Shown piece after piece: positions 24,034-34,385 of a DNA stretch of 64,000 nt. The notes below the pieces were generated by a model. That model was not told the origin of the DNA and made no database searches. It saw nothing but the letters and a program-made list of their open reading frames with translations. The stretch's first letter is position 1; every line of letters begins with the position of its first letter. Origin of the DNA: an uncultured delta proteobacterium (GTDB taxonomy: Bacteria; Desulfobacterota; Desulfuromonadia; Geobacterales; DSM-12255); assembly GCA_963787125.1 (NCBI GenBank), contig CAWBBV010000024.1, positions 64,001 to 128,000 of the forward strand, given 5' to 3'. The translations under genes were made by a program, and so were the position numbers.

Positions 24034-24852
24034 ATGGCATTCGATTACGATAAGTATTTGCGTCCCGGTAAACTCCCGCATATTTGGTGTCCAGGTTGCG
24101 GTCACGGGATTGTCATGAAAGGCCTCATACGGGCGATTGATACCTGTGGGCTCAAGAAAGAGGAGACAGCCATTGTTTCCGGTATCGGCTGTGCTTCACG
24201 TCTGCCTGGCTATCTTGACTTCTGTACCCTGCATACTGCCCACGGTCGTGCCGCAGCTTTTGCAACCGGTGTAAAAATGGCCCGTCCGGAGATGAATGTC
24301 ATCCTTGTCGGTGGTGATGGCGACGGTACTGCCATTGGCGGCAATCACTTCATTCATGCCTGTAGGCGTAACATCAACATGACCTACATTATTATGAATA
24401 ACAAGATTTACGGTATGACAGGCGGCCAGTTCTCACCTGCCACTCCGACCGGCGATAAGGCTTCTACAACTCCTTACGGCAATCCGGATCCTCCTTTTGA
24501 TATTGCCAAGCTTGCAATCGGTGCCGGGGCAACTTTCGTTGCTCGTGGAACAGCTTTCCATGCCAACCAGATCGACAAGTTGATCACTGAAGCTATTCAG
24601 CACAAGGGATTTTCAGTAGTTGAAATTCTTGATGACTGTCCGACAACCTATGGGCGTCGTAACAAGTTCAAATCTGTTATCGAGATGATGAATCATCTGA
24701 AAGATACCACCGTGCCGGTTAAAGCAGCAGAGAAGATGAGTCCCGAGCAGCTGAAGGGGAAAGTCCTGACAGGTGTTCTTTATAAAGAGGAAAAGCCTGA
24801 GTACTGTGAAGAGTACGCCAAGGTTATTCAACGGGCCCAGGCCGCCAAGTAA
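24034..24852 (+). CDS. korB: 2-oxoglutarate:ferredoxin oxidoreductase beta subunit
   Basis: WCPGCG, SGIGC, TPP motif GDGD...NN. Confidence 0.95.
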   Translation: MAFDYDKYLRPGKLPHIWCPGCGHGIVMKGLIRAIDTCGLKKEETAIVSGIGCASRLPGYLDFCTLHTAHGRAAAFATGVKMARPEMNVILVGGDGDGTAIGGNHFIHACRRNINMTYIIMNNKIYGMTGGQFSPATPTGDKASTTPYGNPDPPFDIAKLAIGAGATFVARGTAFHANQIDKLITEAIQHKGFSVVEILDDCPTTYGRRNKFKSVIEMMNHLKDTTVPVKAAEKMSPEQLKGKVLTGVLYKEEKPEYCEEYAKVIQRAQAAK

Positions 24853-24878
24853 TTAATAAAGGAAAAGGAGCGATAAAG

Positions 24879-25424
24879 ATGTCACGTTATGAACTCAGAT
24901 TTTCCGGCGCGGGCGGACAGGGTTTGATAACCGCCGGGATCATCATGGCCAAGGCTGCTTCCATCTATGAAGGGAAACAGGCTGTTCAATCACAAAGCTA
25001 CGGTCCTGAGGCCCGTGGTGGTGCTTCCAAATCAGAAGTAATAATTTCTGATGACGTAATCGATTACCCGAAGGTCACCAAGTGTGACGCTCTTCTGGCA
25101 ATGACCCAGGAAGCCTGTAACAAGTACAGTGATGATCTTAAAGAAGGTGGAGTACTTCTTTATGATTCAGACCTGATTACAAAACTTCCGGAAGGTAACT
25201 TCAAAAAGGTTGGTTTTAATATCATCAATACTGCCAAGAATGACGTCGGTCGTGAGATCGTTGCCAACATAGTAGCTCTTGGCGCTATGGTTGCGTTAAC
25301 TGGTCAGGTTAGCCGCGAGAATGCTGAAAAGGCGGTTCTTTCCAGCGTTCCGGAAGCATTCATTGAGCTGAACAAGAAAGCCTTTAACATGGGCTTTGAA
25401 AGAGCGTTGGCTGCATGCAAATAA
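24879..25424 (+). CDS. korC: 2-oxoglutarate:ferredoxin oxidoreductase gamma subunit
   Basis: GAGGQG, SYGPEARGG. Confidence 0.95.
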   Translation: MSRYELRFSGAGGQGLITAGIIMAKAASIYEGKQAVQSQSYGPEARGGASKSEVIISDDVIDYPKVTKCDALLAMTQEACNKYSDDLKEGGVLLYDSDLITKLPEGNFKKVGFNIINTAKNDVGREIVANIVALGAMVALTGQVSRENAEKAVLSSVPEAFIELNKKAFNMGFERALAACK

Positions 25425-25446
25425 GTGCAGGTTTATAGATGTAAAG

Positions 25447-25478
25447 AAAAGCCCGACTCAGAAGAGTCGGGCTTTTTT
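25447..25478 (+). terminator. Intrinsic terminator after korC
   Basis: AAAAGCCCGACTC-AGAA-GAGTCGGGCTTTTTT. Confidence 0.85.
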
Positions 25479-25552
25479 AATATACTTGAAAAGCTGATGG
25501 CTTTGATTTATAAAAACTTATATATTTTATTGTAATCTCAGGCGGAATTTAT

Positions 25553-27148
25553 ATGAAAAAACAGTTGTTTCTGCTCCCGGTATTCACCGTCCTCTTATTA
25601 TTTCCAGTCAATCTTCTGGCTCTTTCATCTGTAAATATCCCTTTAGGCTCGCCAATTTACTCCTATATCGACAAAATAGCTGCTCTCGGGCTTATATCGT
25701 CTGATTTCAAGGGGATCCGGCCCCTGACAAAGAGCGAGGCTGCCAGGCTTGTCAGGGAGGCGGAAAATAGCTCTTCCGATGCTGCGAACTCACCTTTTGG
25801 CAAGGAACTTCTCGGGGAGCTCAAATTTTACCTGCGGCGGGAACTTTCTCTTTATGATGTGCCGGCGCAGTCACCATCTTTTGACTTCAAACCGTTGTCC
25901 GATTTATCGCTCCGCTATGCCTATCTGGATGGAATGCCGAGAAACTACGTCCGTAATGTTAATGACCCTGGCGGTGACGGAGTCTTTGGGATAGGCGCCG
26001 GGCTTAGACCTGATAATCCGTATCCGACAATCGTTGAACAGCGCGGCACTGAAGGGACTCCGCTCATTGCGAACAACGAAGGTGTGCGCTATCAGGATGG
26101 TAGTAACCTTGATTTACGCTTCAGTAGTGAGGCGAATCTTTCAGAATCAGTTTCCCTGCTGGTTGAGCCTCAATTCTACTCTACTTCAGGTGTTCTTCAG
26201 GGTCGAATCAACAAAGGCTATGTCAAGCTTGGCGGCGGTGGGCTCGAACTGGAAGTTGGCCGTGATTCCAACTGGCTCGGTTTTGGCGAGCGCGGAGCGC
26301 TTACTCTTTCGAATAATGCCAGAAATTTTGACCTGCTAAAGCTTTCCAGCCCGGAACCACTTGATGTGGGGATGTTCGGCAAGTTAAAATACGCGCTCAT
26401 TTTATCCCGTTTTGACAAGGTCATGACTGCCAACGGCGATCGACAACCATGGTTTTATGCCATTAAAGTATCGCTTAAGCCGGTTCCCGAATTCGAGATC
26501 GGCATAAACCTGGGCAGGCAACAGGGTGGGCCCGGCGTTGATAACAGTCTCAAGGATAACTTGCAAGGACTTGTTGGTGGCACCAGTCACGACAATTCCA
26601 ACAGCCTTGGCGGTGTAGAGCTGCGCTGGCGAATGCCTTTTCTTAGAAACAGCGAGGCATATGTCGAGTTTTCCGGCGAAGATGCCGCTAAATTCTGGCC
26701 GATTGTGGAAAGTTACCTTGCCGGGATTTACATCCCAAGATTGACTGACGATGGTAAGAATGATTTTCGTTTCGAGTATTTTCTCGGCAACAATATCCTT
26801 TATAGTCACTCTCAATTCACTGAGGGTTATATCTATAAAGGTATGCCGATCGGCCATGCAGAGGGCGGCGCAACCCAGGATTTTTTCTTTAGCTACAGTC
26901 ACTGGTTTTCAGTCCGCGACCGTGCCGGCCTGGATTATAGCCATACAACCCGAGGCAATACGGGCCGGCTTATCGGCCAGGCTCTGGAACGTAAAGACGC
27001 CTTGCGGGCTTTCTGGACGCTGCCGCTGGCTGATCATCTTGATATGAAACTTGTTTATGGCATCGAGCGGGTCGATAATCTGAACCTCCAGAGTGATGTT
27101 TCGCAAACCAACAATCTTGCTGTGGCTGAACTTTTGTATCGCTTTTAG
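25553..27148 (+). CDS. Capsule assembly Wzi family outer-membrane beta-barrel
   Basis: Signal peptide; N-terminal RPLTKSEAARL helical part; EVGRDSNWLG..GALTLSNNA; terminal YRF. Confidence 0.8.
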   Translation: MKKQLFLLPVFTVLLLFPVNLLALSSVNIPLGSPIYSYIDKIAALGLISSDFKGIRPLTKSEAARLVREAENSSSDAANSPFGKELLGELKFYLRRELSLYDVPAQSPSFDFKPLSDLSLRYAYLDGMPRNYVRNVNDPGGDGVFGIGAGLRPDNPYPTIVEQRGTEGTPLIANNEGVRYQDGSNLDLRFSSEANLSESVSLLVEPQFYSTSGVLQGRINKGYVKLGGGGLELEVGRDSNWLGFGERGALTLSNNARNFDLLKLSSPEPLDVGMFGKLKYALILSRFDKVMTANGDRQPWFYAIKVSLKPVPEFEIGINLGRQQGGPGVDNSLKDNLQGLVGGTSHDNSNSLGGVELRWRMPFLRNSEAYVEFSGEDAAKFWPIVESYLAGIYIPRLTDDGKNDFRFEYFLGNNILYSHSQFTEGYIYKGMPIGHAEGGATQDFFFSYSHWFSVRDRAGLDYSHTTRGNTGRLIGQALERKDALRAFWTLPLADHLDMKLVYGIERVDNLNLQSDVSQTNNLAVAELLYRF

Positions 27149-27175
27149 CGAGCGAACTGATTTACAGGGAGTAAA

Positions 27176-27952
27176 ATGGTAGCAGATCTTGGTCGGAGCG
27201 CCTTAGCAGCCTATACCACCCTTGCTGAGCTGATTACACTGCTTGTCGGGGTTGCCAAGAGTCTTGTAGTTACTATTCTTCGGCGCCGACGCCCTGTTAT
27301 ACAGGTCTGTTTTCGCCAGATCTTCTTTACCGGCAACGAGGCTTTCAAGGTTGTTTTTGTCATTTCAATGGCTGTCGGTGTGGCAATCATTTCGCAGATG
27401 TCAAACGTTACAGACGCCGGCAGAGGTTCACTGATCGGCAAGGTGTTTGTCTGGGTCGTAATCCGGGAGATTGCGCCGCTGATAACCGCGCTGGTCGTCA
27501 TCGCCCGCAGCGGTTCAGCAATAGCCATTGAGATGGGACAGATGAAGCTGAAAGGGGAGATAGAGTATCTTGAGGCTCTTGGTATTCCTGGTGAACAGTA
27601 TCTGCTCATGCCAAGGGTTCTGGGTGTCGGGATTGCTCTTCTGGTACTCAATATCTATTTTAACCTTATTGCTGTGACCTCGGGGCTACTGGTCTCATGG
27701 CTCGGCTGGCAGATCCCGCTTACGCAGATAAAACAGGGGATTGTCACGGTCCTTACACTCAACGAAATACTGATAACGTCTTTCAAGAGCCTCCTCTTCG
27801 GTGTTGTGATTGCCGGAGTCGGCTGTAATGCCGGGCTGCGGGTCGGCGATAGTATTACCCAGATTCCCCAGGCCGGCACAAAATCTGTTATTAACAGCAT
27901 GATCATTATTTTTGTTGCCGATGTATTGATCTCCTTTACCTTTCTTTTCTGA
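27176..27952 (+). CDS. MlaE/Ttg2B-family ABC permease
   Basis: REIAPLITALVVIARSGSAIAIEMGQM..EIEYLEALGI. Confidence 0.9.
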   Translation: MVADLGRSALAAYTTLAELITLLVGVAKSLVVTILRRRRPVIQVCFRQIFFTGNEAFKVVFVISMAVGVAIISQMSNVTDAGRGSLIGKVFVWVVIREIAPLITALVVIARSGSAIAIEMGQMKLKGEIEYLEALGIPGEQYLLMPRVLGVGIALLVLNIYFNLIAVTSGLLVSWLGWQIPLTQIKQGIVTVLTLNEILITSFKSLLFGVVIAGVGCNAGLRVGDSITQIPQAGTKSVINSMIIIFVADVLISFTFLF

Positions 27953-27965
27953 TGCGGGAGAGCCT

Positions 27966-28610
27966 ATGATCTGTTTTTCAGAAGTTATTGCTGCCGGTAT
28001 CGATGCCCCGATCGACTTCATCCTCCCTGCTGGAGGGTCTGCAGCGATCATAACGTCAAGAGAGATCGAGAATGATGCGATTGTAAGGATCATTCTTGGC
28101 TTCCAGCAAACAGTTTCCGGTGTTTTCAGTCTTTATGACGATCAACCTGCCGTTTTGAATGAGAATGAAATAGCTACGTTCAGGAAAAAGATCGGGGTAA
28201 TTTACCAGGATGGTGGTCTTATATCAAACCTCAATCTTTGGGAAAACCTGACTTTGCAAATCGCCTTTGAAGGCCTTTTTGGGAAAAAAGAGATAGAAAC
28301 GCTGGGGATGGCTGCACTTGACAAGGCCGGTTATAGTGGCCCTGCTGCAGTCCTTGTGAGTCGGCTTTCCCTGTTTCAGCGCAGACAGGTTGCCTTTGCC
28401 CGCGCTTTTATTACAAGCCCGAACCTGATGATATATCACTCGACTTTTGAAGGCTTAAGCCGCCCCGAGCAGAAGCAGCTTGCCGATCTTGCCTGGGAAT
28501 ATCACAATAACTCGAATACGACATCGCTATTTCTGACATCCTATCCTGAATCCCTCAAAGGGATGGAGTTTGACCTTAGATACACGACAGGAGGTACCAA
28601 CTCACTATGA
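27966..28610 (+). CDS. MlaF-like ABC ATPase-fold protein with degenerate catalytic motifs
   Basis: IGVIYQDGGLISNLNLWENL (Q-loop) and LSLFQRRQVAFARA kept; no Walker A GKS/T, no Walker B DE. Confidence 0.75.
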   Translation: MICFSEVIAAGIDAPIDFILPAGGSAAIITSREIENDAIVRIILGFQQTVSGVFSLYDDQPAVLNENEIATFRKKIGVIYQDGGLISNLNLWENLTLQIAFEGLFGKKEIETLGMAALDKAGYSGPAAVLVSRLSLFQRRQVAFARAFITSPNLMIYHSTFEGLSRPEQKQLADLAWEYHNNSNTTSLFLTSYPESLKGMEFDLRYTTGGTNSL

Positions 28611-29578
28611 TATCCGGTACCGATAACAGATTTAAAAACCTAGAAAGAAAGGTCGGGTTATTCCTTCTTGTTGCCATGCTTGCAGTAATTGGTGTTGTTC
28701 TCTTTATTGCAATCGAAAATAACCTTTTTACGTCAACGTTTAACGTCAGGTTGACTGCGCCCAAAGGTACCGGATTTTCTCAAGGGATGCCGATAAAGCT
28801 TTCCGGTTTTAGAATCGGCCGGGTAAAGTCAATAACTCTGAATGATTCTGCCGCTGTTGACGTTTTGTTGCAGATTGACAAAAAATACAAGAAGTGGATG
28901 CGCAAGGATTCTGTTGCCAGATTAATAAAAGAGGGGATGATTGGTGATTATATCATTGAGATAAACAGTGGAACATCACCTGAACTGATAGCTGAAAACG
29001 GGCTGATGTCTCTGGGGAAAAGCAAGGCATTTGACGAGATTGCCGAAGATATAGCTGAAAAGGTAAAACCTGTACTTATGGATATCAGGGATATTATTTC
29101 TTACATAAACAGTGAAGATGGTGATGTTAAAAAGACTCTCAGAAACGTCAATACCTTCACTGGTAATCTTGAGCTTAGCCGCAAAAAGGCTGACCTGATT
29201 CTTGACAGCGGCAGACAGACAGCCGATGCCTCCGGCAAGCGCTTTGATCTGATTCTGACCAAGGCAGAGAGCCGTATTGACCAGGTTCAACCGATTTTGG
29301 GAAAGGTTGACAGTTCCCTGCAGGTTGTTGATAAAAAACTACCACTGTTACTGGAAAAGATCGAGTTGACCTTAAGTCATATAGAAGCTATTTCAAAAGA
29401 TCTCGAAGTGGTTTCAGCAGAGACCCTTCCCCAGGTTCCAAAGCTTGTAAATAAGACAGAAGGGCTAATGGATCAGAGTGGGGAGATAATGGATGGAGTG
29501 AAAGGTGTCTGGCCGCTCAAAGGTTTCCTGTCATCACCTGAACAGAAAGATCTGATCCGGAGGGACAGTAATGAATAA
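28607..29578 (+). CDS. MlaD/MCE-domain protein with helical extension
   Basis: N-terminal TM; GFSQGMPIKLSGFRIGRVKSI; EGMIGDYIIEI. Confidence 0.9.
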   Translation: MISGTDNRFKNLERKVGLFLLVAMLAVIGVVLFIAIENNLFTSTFNVRLTAPKGTGFSQGMPIKLSGFRIGRVKSITLNDSAAVDVLLQIDKKYKKWMRKDSVARLIKEGMIGDYIIEINSGTSPELIAENGLMSLGKSKAFDEIAEDIAEKVKPVLMDIRDIISYINSEDGDVKKTLRNVNTFTGNLELSRKKADLILDSGRQTADASGKRFDLILTKAESRIDQVQPILGKVDSSLQVVDKKLPLLLEKIELTLSHIEAISKDLEVVSAETLPQVPKLVNKTEGLMDQSGEIMDGVKGVWPLKGFLSSPEQKDLIRRDSNE

Positions 29579-30488
29579 GCGCTCCAGCTTCTTTCTGTCC
29601 CTGGCTTTTGTGGCTCTGCTACTGATGACAGCTTGCGCTCAGACCAAGGCAAAACTGCCGACTTTGCTGCAACAGGCAGAGAGGCATAATGTAACCGGTG
29701 TTGCCGCTGAATCAAAACAGAAGTTTCTGGCCGCTGAGTCTGAATTTGCTGAGGCTTACCGGCTTTTCAGCTCGGTTGAAAACTATTCAGGGATGGTTAC
29801 TGCGCTTATAAACAGTTCCCGTTTATATCGGCGTCTGGGTGATTCGGGGAGAACCGATTTTGTCCTCAAACAAGCTGTTAACCTGATTCCACAGACACCT
29901 GAACTCGAAGCTGAAATTTGTTTTGAAAACAGTAAACTTGCTACCCTTAAAGGGGACAGTAACGAAGCGCTGCTTTGGGCAGAGCGAGCGGTTAACAGCA
30001 GTAAAGATAGTGATAGATCGAGAATGCTCAATCTGGTTGCTTTATTGCTCCTGCAGAAGAGTGATCTCCCAAAGGCTACGGAGGCTGGTGAAGCTGCCCT
30101 TAAGTTCAGTCGAAGCACTGCTGACAGGCGCGAGGAGGCAAATGCATGCCGCCTTCTGGGAGAGATCGCCTTACTTGAAAAGCGCTACCCGGCTGCCCTC
30201 CAGTTTTTTGAAGCTGCGCTATTGATAGATAAAGAGCTTGCCCTCCCCGGGAGGGTTATAGCCGATCTGACCGCTCTCTCCCGTACTTTTGAAGCTCAAG
30301 GTGATATCACCAACGGCGCTCACTACCTGCAAAGAGCCGTTGATGCCGAGCTGAGTGATAAAAACAGTCCGGCTGCTGCCGGAAAACTGGATAAGCTGAT
30401 AAAGCTTTACGAGCGGACCGGTAACGATCAGGCCGCTGCCAAAGCAAGAAAACTCAAAAATTCCCTGCAGTCAATGAAGGCGGAGTAA
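29571..30488 (+). CDS. TPR-repeat lipoprotein
   Basis: Lipobox MTAC; TPR-like helices such as EANACRLLGEIALLEKRYPAALQFFEAAL. Confidence 0.8.
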   Translation: MNKRSSFFLSLAFVALLLMTACAQTKAKLPTLLQQAERHNVTGVAAESKQKFLAAESEFAEAYRLFSSVENYSGMVTALINSSRLYRRLGDSGRTDFVLKQAVNLIPQTPELEAEICFENSKLATLKGDSNEALLWAERAVNSSKDSDRSRMLNLVALLLLQKSDLPKATEAGEAALKFSRSTADRREEANACRLLGEIALLEKRYPAALQFFEAALLIDKELALPGRVIADLTALSRTFEAQGDITNGAHYLQRAVDAELSDKNSPAAAGKLDKLIKLYERTGNDQAAAKARKLKNSLQSMKAE

Positions 30489-30490
30489 GT

Positions 30491-31924
30491 ATGTCGGTAA
30501 TAAAGTACCGCCAGAAAATCCTGGTCGTCGATGATGATACCGATCTCCTTCATCAGCTGACCAGAACACTTGTGTCAAACGGCATTGGCGAGGCAGAGCC
30601 GCTCTCGTCACCTTTTCAGGTTATGGAAAGGCTGGCAACCGGGGATATTTCGGTGGTGCTGCTCGACCTTGTCATGCCAGGCATGTCAGGCATGTCAGGT
30701 GCAGACTTGCTTTCAAAGGTAAATCAGCATTTTCCGCACATCCCGGTAATAATGATGACTGCCGTAGCAGACGTAAGCACTGCCGTGCACTGCATCAAAA
30801 CCGGCGCTTTTGACTATCTGACTAAACCACTCGACACGGCCAGGCTTTATGCGACTGTCAGCAAAGCTTTGGATTTTAGTGAACTTACCCGCCAGAACCG
30901 TCATCTGCAGGATTTTTTGCTGGGGGAACCTCTTGCCAGAAGTGAGATATTTTCCGGCATCATCACCGCCGATCCTAAAATGACCGCGATCTTCAAGCTG
31001 GTAGAAACTGTTGCACCGACGCTTCACCCGATTCTTATCAGCGGCGAAACCGGGGTGGGCAAGGAGCTGATTGCCCGTGCCGTTCATGATGCCAGTGGCC
31101 TGGCCGGTGAGTTTGTCCCGGTCAATGTTGCCGGGCTGGATGAAATCATGTTTCCGGATATGATCTTTGGTCATAAACGCGGTGCCTATACCGGTGCCAG
31201 TGAACAGCGTGACGGGCTCATAAGAAAAGCTGCCGGCGGGACGCTTTTTCTTGATGAAATCGGTGATATGAAACCGGAATCTCAGAAGATGCTCCTACGC
31301 CTTCTGCAGGAGAAAGAGTACTATCGCCTCGGTTCTGATGTACTTTATCAAAGCAGTGCCAGAATAGTTGCGGCTTCCAACAGGGATTTCAAAGCGATGA
31401 TTGCAGCCGGGACCTTCAGGCAGGATCTATATCACCGCTTGACGATTCATCAAATACTGATTCCAGCTTTGCGTGAGAGACCTGGAGATATCCCGCTACT
31501 GGCCGAGCAGTTCGCTCATGAAGCCGCCACTGCTCTTGGCAAGGAGCCGCCTGAATTATCGGTTGAGCTAAAATTCGCGCTTTCCGGCTATGATTTCCCC
31601 GGTAATGTCCGTGAACTGATCAATATGATGCGAAATGCTGTTGCCTGTCACCGGAGCGGTACTCTGACAAGGAAGGATTTTCCGGATCTGGCAGCAGTTG
31701 CAGTCAGTCGCAAAAAAGGTGTGGTGCGGGTTTCTAACGAAGGCGGGTTTACTTTTTATACTGCTTTTGAAAAATTCCCGACTATTGATGAGGTTGAAGA
31801 ACTGCTCGTCAGGGAAGCCATGAAAGCTAGTGCCGGGAACAAGGGGGTTGCTATTGAACTTCTGGGGATTAGTCGACCGACACTCAACAAGAAGCTGCTG
31901 GCTATGGGGCTGTCTGAGGAGTGA
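30491..31924 (+). CDS. Sigma54-dependent response regulator (NtrC family)
   Basis: Receiver VVDDD/LLDLVMP; GETGVGKE; GAYTGA; LFLDEIG; C-terminal Fis-type HTH LGISRPTL. Confidence 0.95.
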   Translation: MSVIKYRQKILVVDDDTDLLHQLTRTLVSNGIGEAEPLSSPFQVMERLATGDISVVLLDLVMPGMSGMSGADLLSKVNQHFPHIPVIMMTAVADVSTAVHCIKTGAFDYLTKPLDTARLYATVSKALDFSELTRQNRHLQDFLLGEPLARSEIFSGIITADPKMTAIFKLVETVAPTLHPILISGETGVGKELIARAVHDASGLAGEFVPVNVAGLDEIMFPDMIFGHKRGAYTGASEQRDGLIRKAAGGTLFLDEIGDMKPESQKMLLRLLQEKEYYRLGSDVLYQSSARIVAASNRDFKAMIAAGTFRQDLYHRLTIHQILIPALRERPGDIPLLAEQFAHEAATALGKEPPELSVELKFALSGYDFPGNVRELINMMRNAVACHRSGTLTRKDFPDLAAVAVSRKKGVVRVSNEGGFTFYTAFEKFPTIDEVEELLVREAMKASAGNKGVAIELLGISRPTLNKKLLAMGLSEE

Positions 31925-33500
31925 CACTCGGTTTTGCAGCTGGAAGCCTGATCACTGCCCTGCAGCCACCACTCTCATCATTGAACAGTTCAAGCGTGCC
32001 GTTTTGCTCTTCAACGATAAAACTCGCTATGTAAAGCCCCAGACCACTCCCCCCCTGATCAATCCGGGTTGAAAAGAACGGCTCGAATATGTGGCGCATG
32101 TTTTCTGCGCTTATTCCTGTCCCGCTATCCTTTACAATGAGAAGAACTCCCTTGTTATCACTGTCAGGTTTCGTCGAGAGGGTGATCAGATTACCTCCGT
32201 TCTTCGCCATAGACTGAATAGCGTTCATCAGCAGATTTATAATAACCTGCTCAAGCTGAAACGGATTACCGTTTACTGCCGGGATAGCCGCTGTTAACGC
32301 GGTGTTGATAACAATGCTTTTCATGTTGCCGTGGGCTCTTATAATCGATATCGAGTTTTCTGCAACTCTGTTGAGGTCAAAGTTTATATTATGGTTCTCC
32401 CTGTCGCCAAGGCTGTAAGTTCTCAGGTTATGAACCACTCGTTCGATCCTGAAACTACTTCTCGAGATGGCCTCGACAGCTTTTTCAATGTCCTCCATGG
32501 CCTCAGAGCAAGGCATGCCGCAGATTTTTATATCACTTTCATTTTCGGCGACTTCAGTAAGCACTGGCTGAATATCTTTCCAGGCTCGCTCCAGGATTTC
32601 GGCAGCCAGCCTTATTGCGCCGTTCGGATTGTTGATTTCGTGAGCCATACTTGAAACAAGCAGACCAAGAGAGGTCATTCGGTTGGTCTGAATGAGCTTG
32701 GCCATATGTTTGGTCTTCTCTTCATGTATCTGCAGGTGCAGGCCTTGAACAATTTCGGCCTGAAGTCTCTGATTTTCTTCATTTTGACTCCGGAGTGCCA
32801 CTGCCAAGCTGTTGATGGCGGCAAGAGCTCTTCCCGGTTCATCATCCGTATCAACGGGGATCCTTGTGTCAAGATCACCAGCTTCAATTCTTTTGACTCC
32901 TGACATCAGCAGTTGAAAGGTTTTGGTCAATTTCTGCACAAGGAAAAAAGTGATCCCGGTAACCGTAACCCAGAAAAGCAGAGCCAGCAGCGCTGAGATG
33001 AGAATAAGCTTTCTTAAGAGTATTTTTAGGTTACTGGTATCCATCTCCAGTTCGATCTTCCCGTTCAGCTGTTCAGGGGGGGCATCTCCCTGCAACAATG
33101 CTTCGGGAGAGTACTGGACTGAATTTGACAGCAGCAGTTTCATCACTGTCACACCACTGCGGTCAGCTTGATTATGATCTTTGACTGCGTAGAGAACCTG
33201 CTTTTGTCTACTGTCGATTATTCTTATACTGTAGATATCCCCATGGCTGAAGATCGTGGCGGCATCCATGGCAACCTCTTCGTCGTTGCCTGCATAAAGA
33301 GGTATCTGGATGGAGTTTGCGAGGACTGCCGCAAGCAGCTGCCCTTTGTTTTGAAGCCTTTTAATCTGTTCATGACGTTCGTAGGAGATGAAATAAGAGG
33401 TAAAGGCGATGGTAAGAACTGCTGTCAGGAGCGTAATCAGCAAGGTGATTCTGAAGCGCAGGCTCCGATTATTCAATGTCTTCAGGAGACTTAAAGACAT
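31902..33500 (-). CDS. Membrane sensor histidine kinase with HAMP domain
   Basis: Two TM segments, HAMP, H-box AHEINNP, N-box NLLMNA, DSGTG, FEPFFST, GSGLGL. Confidence 0.95.
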   Translation of the reverse strand: MSLSLLKTLNNRSLRFRITLLITLLTAVLTIAFTSYFISYERHEQIKRLQNKGQLLAAVLANSIQIPLYAGNDEEVAMDAATIFSHGDIYSIRIIDSRQKQVLYAVKDHNQADRSGVTVMKLLLSNSVQYSPEALLQGDAPPEQLNGKIELEMDTSNLKILLRKLILISALLALLFWVTVTGITFFLVQKLTKTFQLLMSGVKRIEAGDLDTRIPVDTDDEPGRALAAINSLAVALRSQNEENQRLQAEIVQGLHLQIHEEKTKHMAKLIQTNRMTSLGLLVSSMAHEINNPNGAIRLAAEILERAWKDIQPVLTEVAENESDIKICGMPCSEAMEDIEKAVEAISRSSFRIERVVHNLRTYSLGDRENHNINFDLNRVAENSISIIRAHGNMKSIVINTALTAAIPAVNGNPFQLEQVIINLLMNAIQSMAKNGGNLITLSTKPDSDNKGVLLIVKDSGTGISAENMRHIFEPFFSTRIDQGGSGLGLYIASFIVEEQNGTLELFNDESGGCRAVIRLPAAKPSVTPQTAP

Positions 33501-33503
33501 CGG

Positions 33504-34385
33504 TTATTTCCTGTCTGGGGGGAATAGTTTGTCTGCTCCGGCGACTGAAAGATTGAGTTTCATCGCAACAGCATCGTTTGTGTAGAGCGAGGCTTCTGCA
33601 ATATCTGTAACCGGGATATCTGCCGGTTTTGTTCCGGCAAGTAGCTGTCTGACACTGTTGCAGAGCTGGTCGTTCATCTTGCTGCGAGATGCTTCAACTG
33701 CCGCCAGTGCCCCTTTTTCCAGGTAACTCCTCGAAAAACTGATGATAGGCAGATTGGCACTCTGGCCATGCAGAAAGTAAGAGTTGACGCTTTCCGCAGT
33801 CACAGCGGTTGTATCAGGTATCATCCAGATTGAGTCTATGCCACTCCCTGACAGCCTGGCGAGAGCCGCAGCAACCTCTTGCGGCGATTTTACCTGTATT
33901 GTCACAAGCTCGACACCGTAGCCTGGAGCGACGCTCTTTGTCCGCTCGATATAGGCGCCGCTTTTTGCTTTACTGTAGATGATGCCGACCCGGCGCAGTT
34001 TCAGCTTTTGGAGGAGTTTCAGGTAGTGCTCCGGGGCTGCGTGCATACTGATACCGGTTATGTTGTTGCGTAGTGTCTCTTCATTGGCGGTCAGCGCCAT
34101 GGTGTAAAGAACTTGGGTGCCGCGAAGTTTCTGGGACTCTTTCAGCGGTTTGTCGCCAACCGCAATAACAACTCGCGGCTGCTCTTCACGCACGATCCGC
34201 CCAAGATCGAATTCGGCATAATCGCCCATGATGTAGGTCTGATTTTTCTTGGCGCAGCTGTTTTGAAGCAGCCTGACAGTCTGATCGTACTGCTGATTGC
34301 TGTGACTCTGGATGATGAGCAGCTCCGCAGCGTTTGCCGGCAGGGCCAGGAGAAGCGCCAGTATGGGGAGGAGGAGGTACCTCAA
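33504..34385 (-). CDS. Periplasmic ABC-type substrate-binding protein without a cognate permease
   Basis: Signal peptide; RRVGIIYS, DSIWMIPDTT, EKGALAAV typical of the ABC_sub_bind family. Confidence 0.8.
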   Translation of the reverse strand: MRYLLLPILALLLALPANAAELLIIQSHSNQQYDQTVRLLQNSCAKKNQTYIMGDYAEFDLGRIVREEQPRVVIAVGDKPLKESQKLRGTQVLYTMALTANEETLRNNITGISMHAAPEHYLKLLQKLKLRRVGIIYSKAKSGAYIERTKSVAPGYGVELVTIQVKSPQEVAAALARLSGSGIDSIWMIPDTTAVTAESVNSYFLHGQSANLPIISFSRSYLEKGALAAVEASRSKMNDQLCNSVRQLLAGTKPADIPVTDIAEASLYTNDAVAMKLNLSVAGADKLFPPDRK

